Of a stretch of DNA of 64,000 nucleotides, positions 1 to 12,710 are shown one piece after another. The position numbers and the translations under genes are program-made. The DNA is from Heptranchias perlo (Eukaryota). The notes under the pieces are model-generated. The model was not told the DNA's origin. It did no database searches and saw nothing but the letters and a program-made list of their open reading frames with translations. Each line of letters opens with the position of its first letter. Position 1 is the stretch's first letter. The stretch lies in the NCBI RefSeq assembly GCF_035084215.1, contig NC_090335.1, positions 54,126,001 through 54,190,000 on the forward strand, written 5' to 3'.

Positions 1-470
1 TGCAGCAGTTGCACTGTAGTATTGGGTAACATGAGCTGCAATTTTTTAAAGCACTTCGGACAAGAAATTGGGCTGTCTAGCGCCCGTTGTTTCGGCACTA
101 CGCGGCCTCTCGAAGTGCCAAGATGATGTCTTAACAGCGCATGCACGTTTCTAGCGTGATGTGCGCTGGACGCCATCTTGTTATAGGTATTAGCGCATAC
201 GCAAAGAGTGAACGCTGGCAGCATGTAAAGTAAGGAGAAAGTGTATACAATCAGTGTGCAACACTGATTTAAAGTGATAGACATCATTTTGGAACTTAAC
301 GCTTCACTCAACGCACAGTCTTAACCACGACCACCTGAACGTGTCTTAGAGTGCCTGGAGGAGCCCCCACTAGCGCTATTTAAAGGGACAATGCAGGATT
401 TACAGGTTAGTTGCTGGATTATTGCTTCTGGCTGCCGATGCATTTGTAACTGTTTGGAGATCTCCTATAC

Positions 471-751
471 TTGAATACTAGGACGAGAGGACATAGCCTA
501 ACATTTAGAGCTAGGATGTGCAGGAGTGAAGTTAGGAAACACTTCTACACGCAAAGGATGAGAGACGTTTGGAACGCTCTTCTGCAAATGGCAGTTGATG
601 CTAGCTCAATTGTGAACTTTAAATCTGAGATTGATAGATTTCTGTGAACCAAGGGTATTAAGGGATATGGGGCTAAGGTGGGTATATGGAGTTTGATCAC
701 AGATCAGCCATGATCTCATTGAATGGTGGAACAGGCTCGAGGGGCTAAATG
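471..751 (+). mobile_element. CR1 LINE 3' fragment
   Basis: Same 3' region (RTRGHSL..., FYTQR..., CAGCCATGATCTCATTGAATGG) as the CR1 copies at 49223-50296 and 61206-61716. Confidence 0.8.
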
Positions 752-759
752 CCACTGCC

Positions 760-1270
760 ACTTGCTGCCTCCTATTATGCACCACCTTCTCCTGCAAGAA
801 AGTAGGACATGTATCTGAGTGATGTGCCTGTCATGGTTGAATAGCTGCCAGTGTGTGTGGCCTGTGAGTTGTGGGTGGGCGGCTTGCAACAGTGGTAATG
901 TGTAGGGTGAGAGGAAGCATCTGATTGGCAGAGTTGAGTACTGATGGAAAGAGTATGTGGGTGATGGGGGGTGTAATGCATGGAGCAGTGAATGCGGCTA
1001 GTGGTGCAGTTGGTAGGAGATTCCACTTCACAGTTGACCTCACTCACTTGACTACTCGTGTCAAAGCAATGAACTTCTTCCTGCACTGCATCCACATTCG
1101 TGGTACTATGCGCCAGGCATTGACTTCGTCCCCCGTTCCCCCCCCACTGCCTTTTGAGCATATGTCTGGAGGGCCTCTTGCGAATATAGGATGTCCCTCC
1201 TTCTGTCCACCTCTTGCACCAAGGCCTCTAATGCATCAGCGGAGAACCTTTGTGCACACACTCTCGCAGG
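760..1270 (-). pseudogene. Frameshifted, spliced Myb/SANT-like DNA-binding gene (Harbinger ORF1 / NAIF1-MSANTD-like)
   Basis: Three frames on - join to RVCAQRFSADALEALVQEVDRRRDILY..KRPSRHMLKRQW..DEVNAWRIVPRMWMQCRKKFIALTRVVK, followed by a GTGAGT donor (~1047). Acceptor CTTTCTTGCAG (~792) is followed by EKVVHNRRQQ. The RFS..LE.L / W..V / QCRKK pattern is typical of the Myb_DNA-bind_5 family. Confidence 0.75.
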
Positions 1271-1930
1271 CCTGGTACAAGCTCAGATTGGTGAGGTCCG
1301 GCATGCAGATTGGAGGATGTGGGATTTAGTAGTGCGCAACCTTTATTCAATGTTTTAACGTAACTCATCAGTTTGTAAACATAGGGACGGGACCCGCATC
1401 TGTGTTTTACGTGTACAATGTCTGATCTCCATTCAGACTCTGTGCAGACAGCAGACTGTTATTTTTCGCAAGTAACAGGTACCGGCTACCTTTTAAGAGA
1501 TTTTAAGAAACATCCTCCCTCTGAGAGTTGGGCACACCCTGCTGGTGGAAAGTGCGCATTTTCTGGAATCCTCATGTCAGGCCTGGTTTTTAATGCTGCT
1601 GTCAGGTAAGTACTTAGGCAGGACAAATATCTCGTCCTGCCTGCGCACGAAGCTACCCACACCCAATTATTGGCCTTGTCCAATTTAACCCCCTACAAGT
1701 TTAAAGTAAGGTTCTTAATGTGATGATGCACTAAGTAACATTTTTGCAATTGGGCTAATAATCTACCTCACTGCTCATATAGCCATGCCTGTTGTTAGTC
1801 TGATGATTTGGTGTTCTTTCACGAGTGTGAAAAACAAATTGAATAAAAGTTGTAAAGAGCTTTTTAACTGTGTGACAGAATTGTCTGGAGTTGTAATCTT
1901 GTAAATATGTGTACCTCAATTCATTTTTGA

Positions 1931-2140
1931 ACAACTACATTCATTTATATAGCGCCTTTAACGTAGTAAAACATCCCAATGTGCTTTGCTGGAATGTTAG
2001 CAGACAAAATTTGACACCGACCACATAAGGAGATATTAGGACAGCTTGGTCAAAGAGATAGGCTTTAAGAAGCGTCTTAAAGGAGGGGAGAGAGGTGGAG
2101 AGATTTAGGGAGGGAATTGCAGAGCTCAGGGCCCGGACAG
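1931..2140 (-). mobile_element. L2-type 3' tail (L2 LINE end or L2-tailed SINE)
   Basis: Reverse complement of the ...TAAAGGCGCTATATAAATG... tail; homologous to 35705-36060. Confidence 0.7.
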
Positions 2141-2375
2141 AACTACTGTTGGCTGTGATGCTATTAGATTTTATAGTTACACTGGTTTGGGGAAGTGAGG
2201 GAAAAAGGGACCTTTCTTTCATTATTTTGCTTTACAACTGCTGAATTTTCTAAAATGTAGTACACAGTTTAATTGTAATGTTGGTTAACTGCAGGGCGGA
2301 GCCCAGATGAAGTACACAGCTTCCTGGGAAAAAAAGGGGCAAGCCACATGTGCAATCAAATGCAGTGTGTACTGA

Positions 2376-2973
2376 AGGCAATGACAATCTCCAAAAAGAG
2401 AGTGTCTAACCACCTCCCCTTGACATTCAACGGCATTACCATCACCGAATCCCCCGCCATCAACATCCTGGGGGTCACCATTGACCAGAAACTTAACTGG
2501 ACCAGCCACATAAATACTGTGGCTACAAGAGCAGGTCAGAGGCTGGGTATTCTGCGGCAAGTGAGTCACCTCCTGACTCCCCAAAGCCTTTCCACCATCT
2601 ACAAGGCACAAGTCAGGAGTGTGATGGAATACTCTCCACTTGCCTGGATGAGTGCAGCTCCAACAACACTCAAGAAGCTCGACACCATCCAGGACAAAGC
2701 AGCTCGCTTGATTGGCACCCCATCCACCACCCTAAACATTCACTCCCTTCACCTCCGGCGCACTGTGGCTTCAGTGTGTACCATCCACAGGATGCACTGC
2801 AGCAACTCGCCAAGGCTTCTTTGACAGCACCTCCCAAACCCGCGATCTCTACCACCTAGAAGGACAAGAGCAGCAGGCACATGGGAACAACACCACCTGC
2901 ACGTTCCCCTCCAAGTCACACACCATCCTGACTTGGAAAGATATCGCCTTTCCTTCATCGTCACTGGATCAAA
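2376..2973 (+). mobile_element. CR1-Zenon-like LINE fragment (RT C-terminus)
   Basis: ORF 2348-2824 LGVTIDQKLNWTSHI...YKAQVRSVMEYSPLAW is nearly identical to 39268-39850. Confidence 0.9.
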
Positions 2974-4268
2974 TTTTTAGTTTGTTATTGACTTACTGTT
3001 ACTCTACTCTTGCCATTGCAGCACGGGTGCGTTTTCTGGCGAAGTTTTTATAAGTAGCTAATCAATGTAACATTAATTATTCTTGGTGAGAGTTTACTCT
3101 GCAAATGCCTCCCAGTGGGGGCATAGGAAGCGTTTATGCTAAAGAAGTTCTGAAGTTTTGGGCTGAAGTACGCAGCAGTCCTAGTTGGTTTGACCTCTGA
3201 TCAGTTTCACCACTACAGCAGATAAATGTTTGTAAGTAGCAATCGCAGCAGTTCTATGGGCCACGGGTGAATGAAGGCGGCGAGGTTGCCTGAAAGGACT
3301 TAATGACAGGAAATCGCACTTTAAAGAGATTCGAACGGCTGGTTGAACTGCCCAGAATAGCTAGGCCGCTTAATTCTGTTTAAGCGGCACCTTTGTAATT
3401 GACACCTATGGTAATGACAAATGGTCAGTACCATCTACCCAATATAGGCGGCTGTCCAGGATAAACAGGGACGGTGTAAGTGGTGGGGAATGCACCTCAA
3501 TTAGATCACCCCTCAACCATGTAAAGTCAAGGGAACAATTTCCACAAAACATCTGAAGGGGAGCATATCAAAATTTCCAATTGCAGCCAATTTCAGAAAA
3601 GATTGGGGGAAACGAAGAAGGAATGTGCAGAAGAAAAGTTGCAAGGTTATAAATTTAGAAACTTAATTGGAAAGAAACTCCATAATATTGAAGAAAAAGT
3701 CTTGGGTAGAAAATAAGAAATCAATACAGACAGATTTGGGAAGGAGAGGGAGAGAAGGAAGATGAGAAAACAATTGCCTTATGTTGCTAAATCACTGAAA
3801 TAACATTCAAGGTGTTAGGCTTGGACTGTTTTAGTCCAACCGCCATCTCATAAAAAGTCACTGATTGATAGATGAAATTATAAAGCCTCTTACAGAAAAG
3901 GTTTTTTTTCCACATAAGCCCAAAATTGTGTTTTTTTAGTCTTTTCTCTTATTACACACAAGTTTCAAATCTTTCTCTATTGGGCATATAAGACTTCAAA
4001 TTTATCCATTCTTGCTTCAAAGATCACATTACTAGGAATTGTTGAGGGTCATGTGGTGGTGGTTTTCCCCTCATTTATTCCTTCATACACCTCCCCCCAC
4101 TGATACAACAGCATTTAAATAGAGTGGGATCTTACCCATCCTTCCTTCATGGTGCTGAGCATTAGCTTTCCACATTTTACTATACCACGCATCTTTTTTG
4201 AAATGTGCTTCAATATTAACATTAATGTTTAACATTAATATAATTAAATAATTTCTTTTTTTGTTTAG

Positions 4269-4379
4269 TCCAAAGAAAACCGTTTACAGGACTTGTTGGA
4301 AGCCAAGGCACTGGCCCTGGCACAGGCTGATCGTTTGATTGCCCAGTACCGCTGTCAGAGAGCCCATGCAGAAGCAGAG
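4269..4379 (+). CDS. CIP2A: CIP2A internal exon ([37 protein letters not shown])
   Basis: ttgtttAG acceptor, GTATGT donor, 111 nt, phase 0-0; matches human CIP2[32 protein letters not shown] as recalled. Confidence 0.95.
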
Positions 4380-5239
4380 GTATGTTGAATATATCTTGAG
4401 ATAAATAACTTCACAAGATACAATCTCTTAATTCAGTCATTTAATTCAAATTATCGTTTGATTTGCAATGTTATTCACATTGCATAATCCAAATGATAAG
4501 ATAATTCAATTTTTTTAGTGCAAAAATTGACTTTGAATTGTCCGGGATAGGCTAACTCCCAAGGTTGCAAGTTTCTAGCTGTATGGAGTTTCAAAATGTA
4601 GCAGGGCAAGGTACAGTTTGGTGGTTTCACTGTACCAGTGTCTATTATGGGTAAGGTAAAAATGGCTGTTCTTATCAAATGTGAAGTATCAAAAGTATGG
4701 CAATCTATTTCGCAGCTACAATTATATTTTATTCTTTGGAATCAAGGGACAAAAATAAATAATGGTTAAACATTTTTGTGATTACTTTAGTGTGTGATTA
4801 AACAGAAAATCGTATGGGGTTTATGAAATAATTTTGTGAGAGAATTGCATTGCTTATGAGTTACCCAGTCACTTTGGCTGGGAAGAATGCTAGAAACCAC
4901 AGTAAATGAAAACATTTCCTTTTCATTTTGCTAGTGTTGAAATTCTGATCAGGCGTCAGATCTCTAACGTCAACTGTTGTTCACTGTTCTTCCTAGTTAT
5001 TAACCATACCTATTCAAACACTAGCATTTTAATTGGTCTATTGGTCTGGAGTTTTGATCGAGCCAGTTTAACCTGGCACCAGTTTTAATTGGAATCATTG
5101 GTGATATTAGGATGTGTAACTTATTTGTCTGATAGAAAGGCATACCAGAATGTCTAGTTTGGTCTTTTTTTAAAACTGAGTGTTTTCCAGAATTGATTAA
5201 AATACCCCCTTCATTACCTGCATGCTGCTCCTCAAGAAA

Positions 5240-5330
5240 TATCATCTGCAAGCATGGAGTCAACTTTCACATATACACTGATGATAGCAAACTCTACCTG
5301 TTTGCCACCATAATTGACTCCAGGACTGCT
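5240..5330 (+). mobile_element. Old L2 RT fragment
   Basis: IICKHGVNFHIYTDDSKLYL resembles the L2 H.YADDTQLY motif. Confidence 0.6.
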
Positions 5331-5564
5331 GTTGAAATAATGTTTGATTTCCTGTCTAATATCGCTTGTCACTGGGCACTTGTTACTGGTGACATCTAGT
5401 GGTTAGCAGGAACAGGTGTATTCCCTGACAATTTTTAATGCCTCATGCGTTGGATTTTCAAATAAGTTTTCATAATGTGTGGTAATGTAGCTGCAATATC
5501 GTGTCTATACATTTATTCTGAATTGTTACATTTAGTAAATTATTAGGCATTTTTTGAGTTGTAG

Positions 5565-5761
5565 GCACGACAGTTGGCTTCACTTCTGATGGATGCAGAG
5601 AGAAAAAATGAAGAACTTGATGGCGTGCTAAAGACCCAACTGCTAGAATCTGAGTGTGCCAAGACTGATATTGAAGAGCTTTATCAGCACAATCGTAAAC
5701 TACAGGCCATTGCTGAAGAACATGAATCCTTAAAAGTTACTTCACAAAGTCTTGCTCAAAA
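5565..5761 (+). CDS. CIP2A: CIP2A internal exon (ARQLASLLMDAERKNEELDGVLK...SQSLAQ)
   Basis: gtAG acceptor, GTAAAG donor, 197 nt, phase 0-2; coiled-coil resembling human ARTLASMLREVERKNEEL. Confidence 0.95.
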
Positions 5762-6499
5762 GTAAAGTTTGGTGATTTTTGCTAACTTTTTGCTGCCATT
5801 TTCAAAATAAATTGTAGTAACCGCATTATGGTACATGTACAACAATGAAGAATTGATTTTGTGTATGGCATATAGCAGTTTGTGGCCTCAATTATTCTCA
5901 CCGTTCCTAATTTTAGCTGTGCTATCATGTGGAGGCCAAGCACTTGCCTGTAAGAAATGAAAATGCGAGGGGGACTTATCCCAGGCCACTGTTGTACATC
6001 TCCTCGAGCCTTATTTCATAGTGGCATTAATAGATACATGGGGTAGTATGCAAGAAAAGATGACTTGGGGTAGTGAAGGGATTGCAGGAGAGGAAGAGAA
6101 TGCAAGGAGAGAATGTACTTCATGGGGAGGGCTTAACGAGCTACAGATCTGTAGAGGGAAGGCATTGAACGAGGAGTGAAAGAGGCACCAGTACTGAGAC
6201 AGAATTACTTAAAGGGATTATCACATAAGAGGTTTACTAACGGTTGATCTTGACCAACTTGTTAAATTGTATCTTTCTTCAAAATTTTCACTGTACTACA
6301 AGATTGTAGTTTTTGATAAGCTATTGTTTCCAATCAAATTAGGGTTTTAGTAAAGGTTTGGCATTTGACACAAGTATAATTGCACCTATGTAACTTTTTT
6401 TTATAGGTTACATAATTTGTTTTTTCCACTGACTATCTTGAATGTGTAATCCATAAATCTAGTTCCAGATTTGTATGTTTACATGAATTTTCTTTTTAG

Positions 6500-6613
6500 C
6501 CTCGAGATTGTTGAAAGGCAACTTAAGGAACTTCAGACTGAGCGTAACTCCTTAAGCAAACAAACTGAAATGTTCAAAAAGCAAATTGACTCCCTTAAGC
6601 AACAGAATGATAG
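6500..6613 (+). CDS. CIP2A: CIP2A internal exon (LEIVERQLKELQTERNSLSKQTEMFKKQIDSLKQQND)
   Basis: tcttttTAG acceptor, GTAAGT donor, 114 nt, phase 2-2; frame continuous with neighbours. Confidence 0.92.
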
Positions 6614-6761
6614 GTAAGTCCATCTTCTGACTTGTGATTAGATGTGGTATTTATAGATTCCAATTCAGTCACAATGGTTTGAAGTCATGTGTTTGTCAAG
6701 TGCAAATTTTTTTTTAAAAAAAGCAAAATATCTTGTCTTTGCTTTCTCTTTTGAATCTTAG

Positions 6762-6844
6762 ATGCCTTGCTCAGTTGGCAGAGTTAGAAGGGCAGAAAAA
6801 TGATTTGTGCATTCAGTTACAGGAAAAGGATAATAAATTATTGG
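6762..6844 (+). CDS. CIP2A: CIP2A internal exon (CLAQLAELEGQKNDLCIQLQEKDNKLL)
   Basis: Pyrimidine tract plus TAG, GTAAGT donor, 83 nt, phase 2-1. Confidence 0.92.
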
Positions 6845-7257
6845 GTAAGTCTTTGATTTGTGACTCACATAGCTCTTTGCCTGCTTTAAAATGTATTAAA
6901 AAGCACTTTGAACACCAATGCATGAGAGCTAAAATCTTAAAATAATATTTTTTCTTTTTAAAAATTGGGAATGAGAAATACAGTGGCATAGAATGATGGG
7001 ACGAGGCATTAGAGGCTTAAGGTTTTATTTTGTTCTCTGAAATGAGCCATCCAGAAGCTTTTTTTCCGTCTTCTACCTCTCTTCTCCCCTGCCACCATAT
7101 GGGCTGTTTTACTCTTGAGGAATTTTTCCTATTGTCTTCACTAGCAGGTTTCTAGACTTACAGAAACTGGACTGTATAGATTGTAAGACTGGACATGCAT
7201 TGTGTTTTGTGCCCTCTACTTCCAATCCACAGAGATTAAAATGTTATTGTTTGAACA

Positions 7258-10210
7258 GAAGAGTGAGGTACAAAACATGACCGGACAGATGGTCTGAGAA
7301 AGCAGGGCAAAGACCAAGGGAAGTCTAGATTAAACTGCATTTCAATGCAAGAAGTCTGATGGGCAAGGCAGATGAACTCGGGGCATGGATGGGCACATGG
7401 GACTGGGATGTTATAGCTATTACTGAAACATGGCTAAGGGAGGGGCAGGACTGGCAGCTCAATGTTCCAGGGTACAGATGCTATAGGAAAGATAGAGCAG
7501 GAGGTAAGAGAGGAGGGGGAGTTGCGTTCTTGGTTAGGGAGAACATCACAGCAGTAGTGAGAGAGGATATATCCGAGGGTTCGCCCAAGGAGTCTATATG
7601 GGTAGAACTGAAAAATAAGAAGGGAGAGATCACGTTGATAGGATTGTACTACAGACCCCCAAATAGTCAACAGGAAATTGAGGAGCAAATATGTAAGGAG
7701 ATTACAGACAGCTGCAAGAAAAATAGGGTGGTAATAGTAGGGGACTTTAACTTTCCCAACATTGACTGGGACAGCCATAGCATTAGGGGCTTGGATGGAG
7801 AGAAATTTGTTGAGTGTATTCAGGAGGAATTTCTCATTCAGTATGTGGATGGCCCGACTAGAGAGGGGGCAAAACTTGACCTCCTCTTGGGAAATAAGGA
7901 AGGGCAGGTGACAGAAGTGTTAGTGAGGGATCACTTTGGGACCAGTGATCATAATTCCATTAGTTTTAGGATAGCTATGGAGAATGATAGGTCTGGCCCA
8001 GAAGTTAAAATTCTAAATTGGGGAAAGGCCAATTTTGATGGTATTAGACAGGAACTTTCAGAAGTTGATTGGGAGAGTCTGTTGGCAGGCAAAGGGACGT
8101 CTGGTAAGTGGGAGGCCTTCAAAAGTGTGTTAACCAGGGTTCAGGGTAAGCACATTCCTTATAAAGTGAAGGGCAAGGCTGGTAGAAGTAGGGAACCTTG
8201 GATGACTCTGGAGATTGAGGCCCTAGTCAGAAAGAAGAAGGAGGCATATGACATGCATAGGCAGCTGGGATCAAGTGGATCCCTTGAAGAGTATAGAGAT
8301 TGCCGGAGTAGAGTTAAGAGAGAAATCAGGAGGGCAAAAAGGGGATATGAGATTGCTTTGGCAGATCAGGCAAAGGTGAATCCAAAGAGCTTCTACAAAT
8401 ACATAAAGGGCAAAAGAGTAACTAGGGAGAGAGTAGGGCCACTTAAGGATCAACAAGGTCATCTATGTGCAGAACCACTAGAGATGGGTGAGATCCTAAA
8501 TGACTATTTCGTATCGGTATTTACGGTTGAGAAAGGCATGGATGTTAGGGAACTTGGGGAAATAAATAGTGATGTCTTGAGGAGTGTACATATTACCGAG
8601 AGGGAGGTGCTGGAAGTCTTAACGCGCATCAAGGTAGATAAATCTCCAGGACCTGATGAAATGTATCCCAGGACATTATGGGAGGTTAGGGAGGAAATTG
8701 CGGGTCCCCTAGCAGAGATATTTCAATCATCGACAGCTACAGGTGAGGTGCCTGAAGATTGGAGGGTAGCAAATGTTGTGCCTTTGTTTAAGAAGGGCGG
8801 CAGGGAAAAGCCTGGGAACTACAGACCGGTGAGCCTGACATCTGTAGTGGGTAAGTTGTTAGAGGGTATTCTGAGAGACAGGATCTACGGGCATTTGGAG
8901 AGGCAGGGACTGATTAGGAACAGTCAGCATGGTTTTGTGAGAGGAAAATCATGTCTCACAAATTTGATTGAGTTTTTTGAAGGGGTAACCAAGAAGATAG
9001 ATGAGGGCTGTGCAGTAGACGTGGTCTACATGGACTTTAGCAAAGCCTTTGACAAGGTACCGCATGGTAGGTTGTTACATAAAGTTAAATCTCACGGGAT
9101 CCAAGGTGAGGTAGCCAATTGGATACAAAATTGGCTTGACGGCAGAAGACAGAGGGTGGTTGTAGAGGGTTGTTTTTCAAACTGGAGGCCTGTGACCAGC
9201 GGTGTGCCTCAGGGATCGGTGCTGGGTCCGCTGTTATTTGTTATTTATATTAATGATTTGGATGAGAATTTAGGAGGCATGGTTAGTAAGTTTGCAGATG
9301 ACACCAAGATTGGTGGCATTGTGGACAGTGAAGAAGGTTATCTAGGATTGCAACGGGATCTTGATAAATTGGGCCAGTGGGCCGATGAATGGCAGATGGA
9401 GTTTAATTTAGATAAATGTGAGGTGATGCATTTTGGTAGATCAAATCGGGCCAGGACCTACTCCGTTAATGGTAGGGCGTTGGGGAGAGTTATAGAACAA
9501 AGAGATCTAGGAGTACAGGTTCATAGCTCCTTGAAAGTGGAGTCACAGGTGGATAGGGTGGTGAAGAAGGCATTCAGCATGCTTGGTTTCATTGGTCAGA
9601 ACATTGAATATTGGAGTTGGGATGTCTTGTTGAAGTTGTACAAGACATTAGTTCGGCCACACTTGGAATACTGTGTACAGTTCTGGTCACCCTATTATAG
9701 AAAGGATATTATTAAACTAGAAAGAGTGCAGAAATGATTTACTAGGATGCTACCGGGACTTGATGGTTTGACTTCAAGGGAGAGGTTGGATAGGCTGAGA
9801 CTTTTTTCCCTGGAGAGTAGGAGGTTTCGGGGTGATCTTATAGAAGTCTATAAAATAATGAGGGGCATAGATAAGGTAGATAGTCAAAATCTTTTCCCAA
9901 AGGTAGGGGAGTCTATAACGAGGGAGCATAGATTTAATGTGAGAGGGGAGAGATACAAAAGGGTCCAGAGGGGCAATTTTTTCACTCAAAGGGTGGTGAG
10001 TGTCTGGAACGAGCTGCCAGAGGCAGTAGTAGAGGCGGGTACAATTTTGTCTTTTAAAAAGCATTTGGACAGTTACATGGGTAAGATGGGTATAGAGGGA
10101 TATGGGCCAAGTGCAGGCAATTGGGACTAGCTTAGTGGTATAAACTGGGCGACATGGACATGTTGGGCCGAAGGGCCTGTTTCCATGTTGTAAACTTCTA
10201 TGATTCTATA
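7258..10210 (+). mobile_element. CR1 LINE, 5'-truncated, near-intact ORF2 (APE endonuclease + RT)
   Basis: ORF 7359-9737 ([32 protein letters not shown]) continues in frame after one TGA into 9747-10130; ends in TTCTATGATTCTAT repeat. Confidence 0.97.
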
Positions 10211-10386
10211 CCTTGTTTCAGCAAGGTCTGTGGACACTTACACTTGGGTAACTGGCTTCTATACAGGAAGACTTCCTTCAGATCATTCCTCTACAACTGC
10301 TCACCTTTTGAGGTCCTTGAGGACAAGAGAAATTACCAGAGTACCCATTGTAACACATAGGCATGCTGTATAAATCTGGTCAGTTA

Positions 10387-12710
10387 ATAAGAACATAAGA
10401 AATAGGAGCAGGAGTAGGCTATTTGGCCCCTTGAGCCTACTCCGCCATTCAATCAGATCATGGCTGATCTTCCACCTCAATTCCACTTTTCCGCCTGATC
10501 CCAATATCCCTTGATTTCCCCTAGAGTCCAAACATTTATCTATCTTAGCCTTGAACATATTCAGCGACTGAGCTTCCACAGCCCTCTGGGGTAGAGAATT
10601 CCAAAGATTCACAACCCTCTGAGTAAAGAAATTCCTCCTCATCTCTGTCTTAAATGGCCAACCCCTTATCCTGAGACTATGCCCCCTGGTTCTAGACTCT
10701 CCAGCCAGGGGAAACAACCTCTCAGCATCTACCCTGTTAAGCCCCCTGAGATCACCTCTCACTCATCTAAACTCCAGAGAGTATAGGCCCATTCTACTTG
10801 ATCTCTCCTCATAGGACGACCCTCTCATCCCAGAAATCAATCTAGTGACCCTTTGTTGCACCATCTCTAAGGCAAGTATATCCTTCCTTAGATAAGGAGA
10901 CCAAAACTGTACGTAGTACTCCAGGTGTGGTCTCACTAAAGCCCTGTACAGTTGTAGTAAGACTTCCTCACTCTTGTACTCCAACCCCCTTGTAACAAAG
11001 GCCAACATGCCATTTGCCTTCCTAATTGCTTGCTTGTACCTGCATGCTAACTTTTTGTGTTTCTTGTACGAGGACACCCAAATCTCTCTGGACACCAACA
11101 TGTAATAATTTCTCACCATTTAAATAATATTCTGTTTTTCTATTCATCCTATCAAAGTGAATAACCTCACATTGCCCCACATTATACTCCATCTGCCACT
11201 TTCGTGCCCACTCACCTGACCTGTCTATGTCCCTTTGCATATTCTTTGTGCCCTCCTCACAGCTTACTTTCCCACCTAGCTTTGTATCATCAGCAAACTT
11301 GGATACATTACACTCGGTCCCTTCATCTAAGTCATTAATATTGATTATAAATGTAAGGAATCTTACAACACCAGGTTATAGTCCAGGTTACAACACCAGG
11401 TTATTGGACTATAACCTGGTGTTGTAAGATTCCTTACATTTGTCCACCCCAGTCCATCACCGGCATCTCCACATCTTGATTATAAACAGCTGAGGCCCAA
11501 GCACTGATCCTTGCGGCACTCCACTAGTTATAGCCTGCCAAGCAGGAAATGACCCGTTTATCCCCACTCTGTTTTCTGTCCGTTAACTAATCCTGTATCC
11601 ATACTAATATATTACCCCCAACCCCATGAGCCTTTATCTTGCGTAACAACCTTTTAAGGGCACCTTATCGAATGCCTTTTGAAAATCCCCTTTATCGACC
11701 CTGCTAGCTACTTCCTCACAAAACTCTAATAGAATTGTCAAACACGATTTCCCTTTCATAAAACCATGTTGACTCTGCCTAATCATATTATGATTTTCTA
11801 AGTGCCGTTACCACTTACTTAATAATGAATTCCAGCATTTTCCTGGTGACTGATGTCAGGCTAACTGGCCTGTAGTTCCCTGTTTTCTCTCTCCTTCCTT
11901 TCTTGAATAGCGGGGTTACATTTGCTACCTACTAATTCGCTGGGACCATTCCAGAATCTAGGGAATTTTGGAAGATCAGAACCAATGCATTCACTATCTC
12001 TGCAGCCACCTCTTTTAGAACCCTAGGATGTAGGCCATCAGGTCCAGGAAATTTATCAGATTTTAGTTCCATTAGTTTCTCCAATACTTTTTCTCTACTG
12101 ATATTAATTACTTTAAGTTGCTCACTCATATTAGCCCCTTAGTTCCCCACTATTTCTGGTATGCTTTTTGTGTCTTCTACTGTGAAGACAGATGCAAAAT
12201 ATTTGTTCAACGACTCTGCCATTTCCTTATTCTCCATTATGATTTCTCCTGTCTCAGCCCCTAAGGGACCAACATTTACTTTTACTACTCTCTTCCTTTT
12301 TACATTCTTGTAGAAGCCCTTCAACTTGTTTTCATATTTCTTGCTAGTTTACTATCATTTTCTATTTTCTTCCTTTTCATCAATTTCTTGGTCATCATTT
12401 GCTGGTTTCCAAAACTCTCCCAATCCTCAGGCTTACTACTCTTCTTCGCAACATTATAGGCCTCTTCTTTTAATCTAATACTTTCCTTAACTTCTTTAGC
12501 CACAGATGAATCACTTTTCCCATGGAGTTTATATTTCTCAATGGAATGTATATTTGTTGAGAATTTTGAAATATTTCTTTAAATGTTGCCATTGCTTATC
12601 TACTGTCTGACATTTTAATCTAATTTCCCTAATCTACCTTAGCCAACTCGCCCCTCATACCTATGTAATTGGCTTTATTTAAGTTTAAGACTCTATTTTC
12701 AGACTTAAGT
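10387..12710 (-). mobile_element. CR1 LINE, fragmented ORF2
   Basis: Several short - ORFs with RT and C-terminal motifs (LVRPHLEY, NFFTQRVV, PGPDGLHPRVLKE); (TATGTTCT)n tail. Confidence 0.93.
11352..11475 (+). mobile_element. Penelope-like fold-back mini-element, copy 1
   Basis: ~37-bp inverted arms (AAATGTAAGGAATCTTACAACACCAGGTTATAGTCCA), tail GTCCACCCCAGTCCATCACCGGCATCTCCACATC, 11-bp TSD TTGATTATAAA (11341-11351 / 11476-11486); inserted in CR1. Confidence 0.85.

Larger units (their letters stand above)
58..1693 (-). mobile_element. Decayed PIF/Harbinger DNA transposon (Myb/SANT gene relic, CR1 fragment nested inside)
   Basis: Right end ...GTCCAATTTAACCCCC (1678-1693) resembles the GGGG-type TIRs of other MITEs in the window; left end (GGACAAGAAATTGGGC, 58-73) is degenerate; contains the Myb relic listed next. 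Confidence 0.55.

Noticed and set aside
2985-3420. Possible further DNA-transposon fragment with a small hairpin (GCCGCTTAA...TTAAGCGGC)
   Set aside because: No TIR pair or TSD could be defined.
1-4268. Additional upstream CIP2A exons
   Set aside because: None recognised; the region is intronic and repeat-filled, so earlier exons lie outside the window.
7434-10064. Antisense ORFs over LINEs (also 16766-17059, 31784-32113, 37355-38781, 42101-42808)
   Set aside because: Shadow frames of RT coding sequence, not independent genes.
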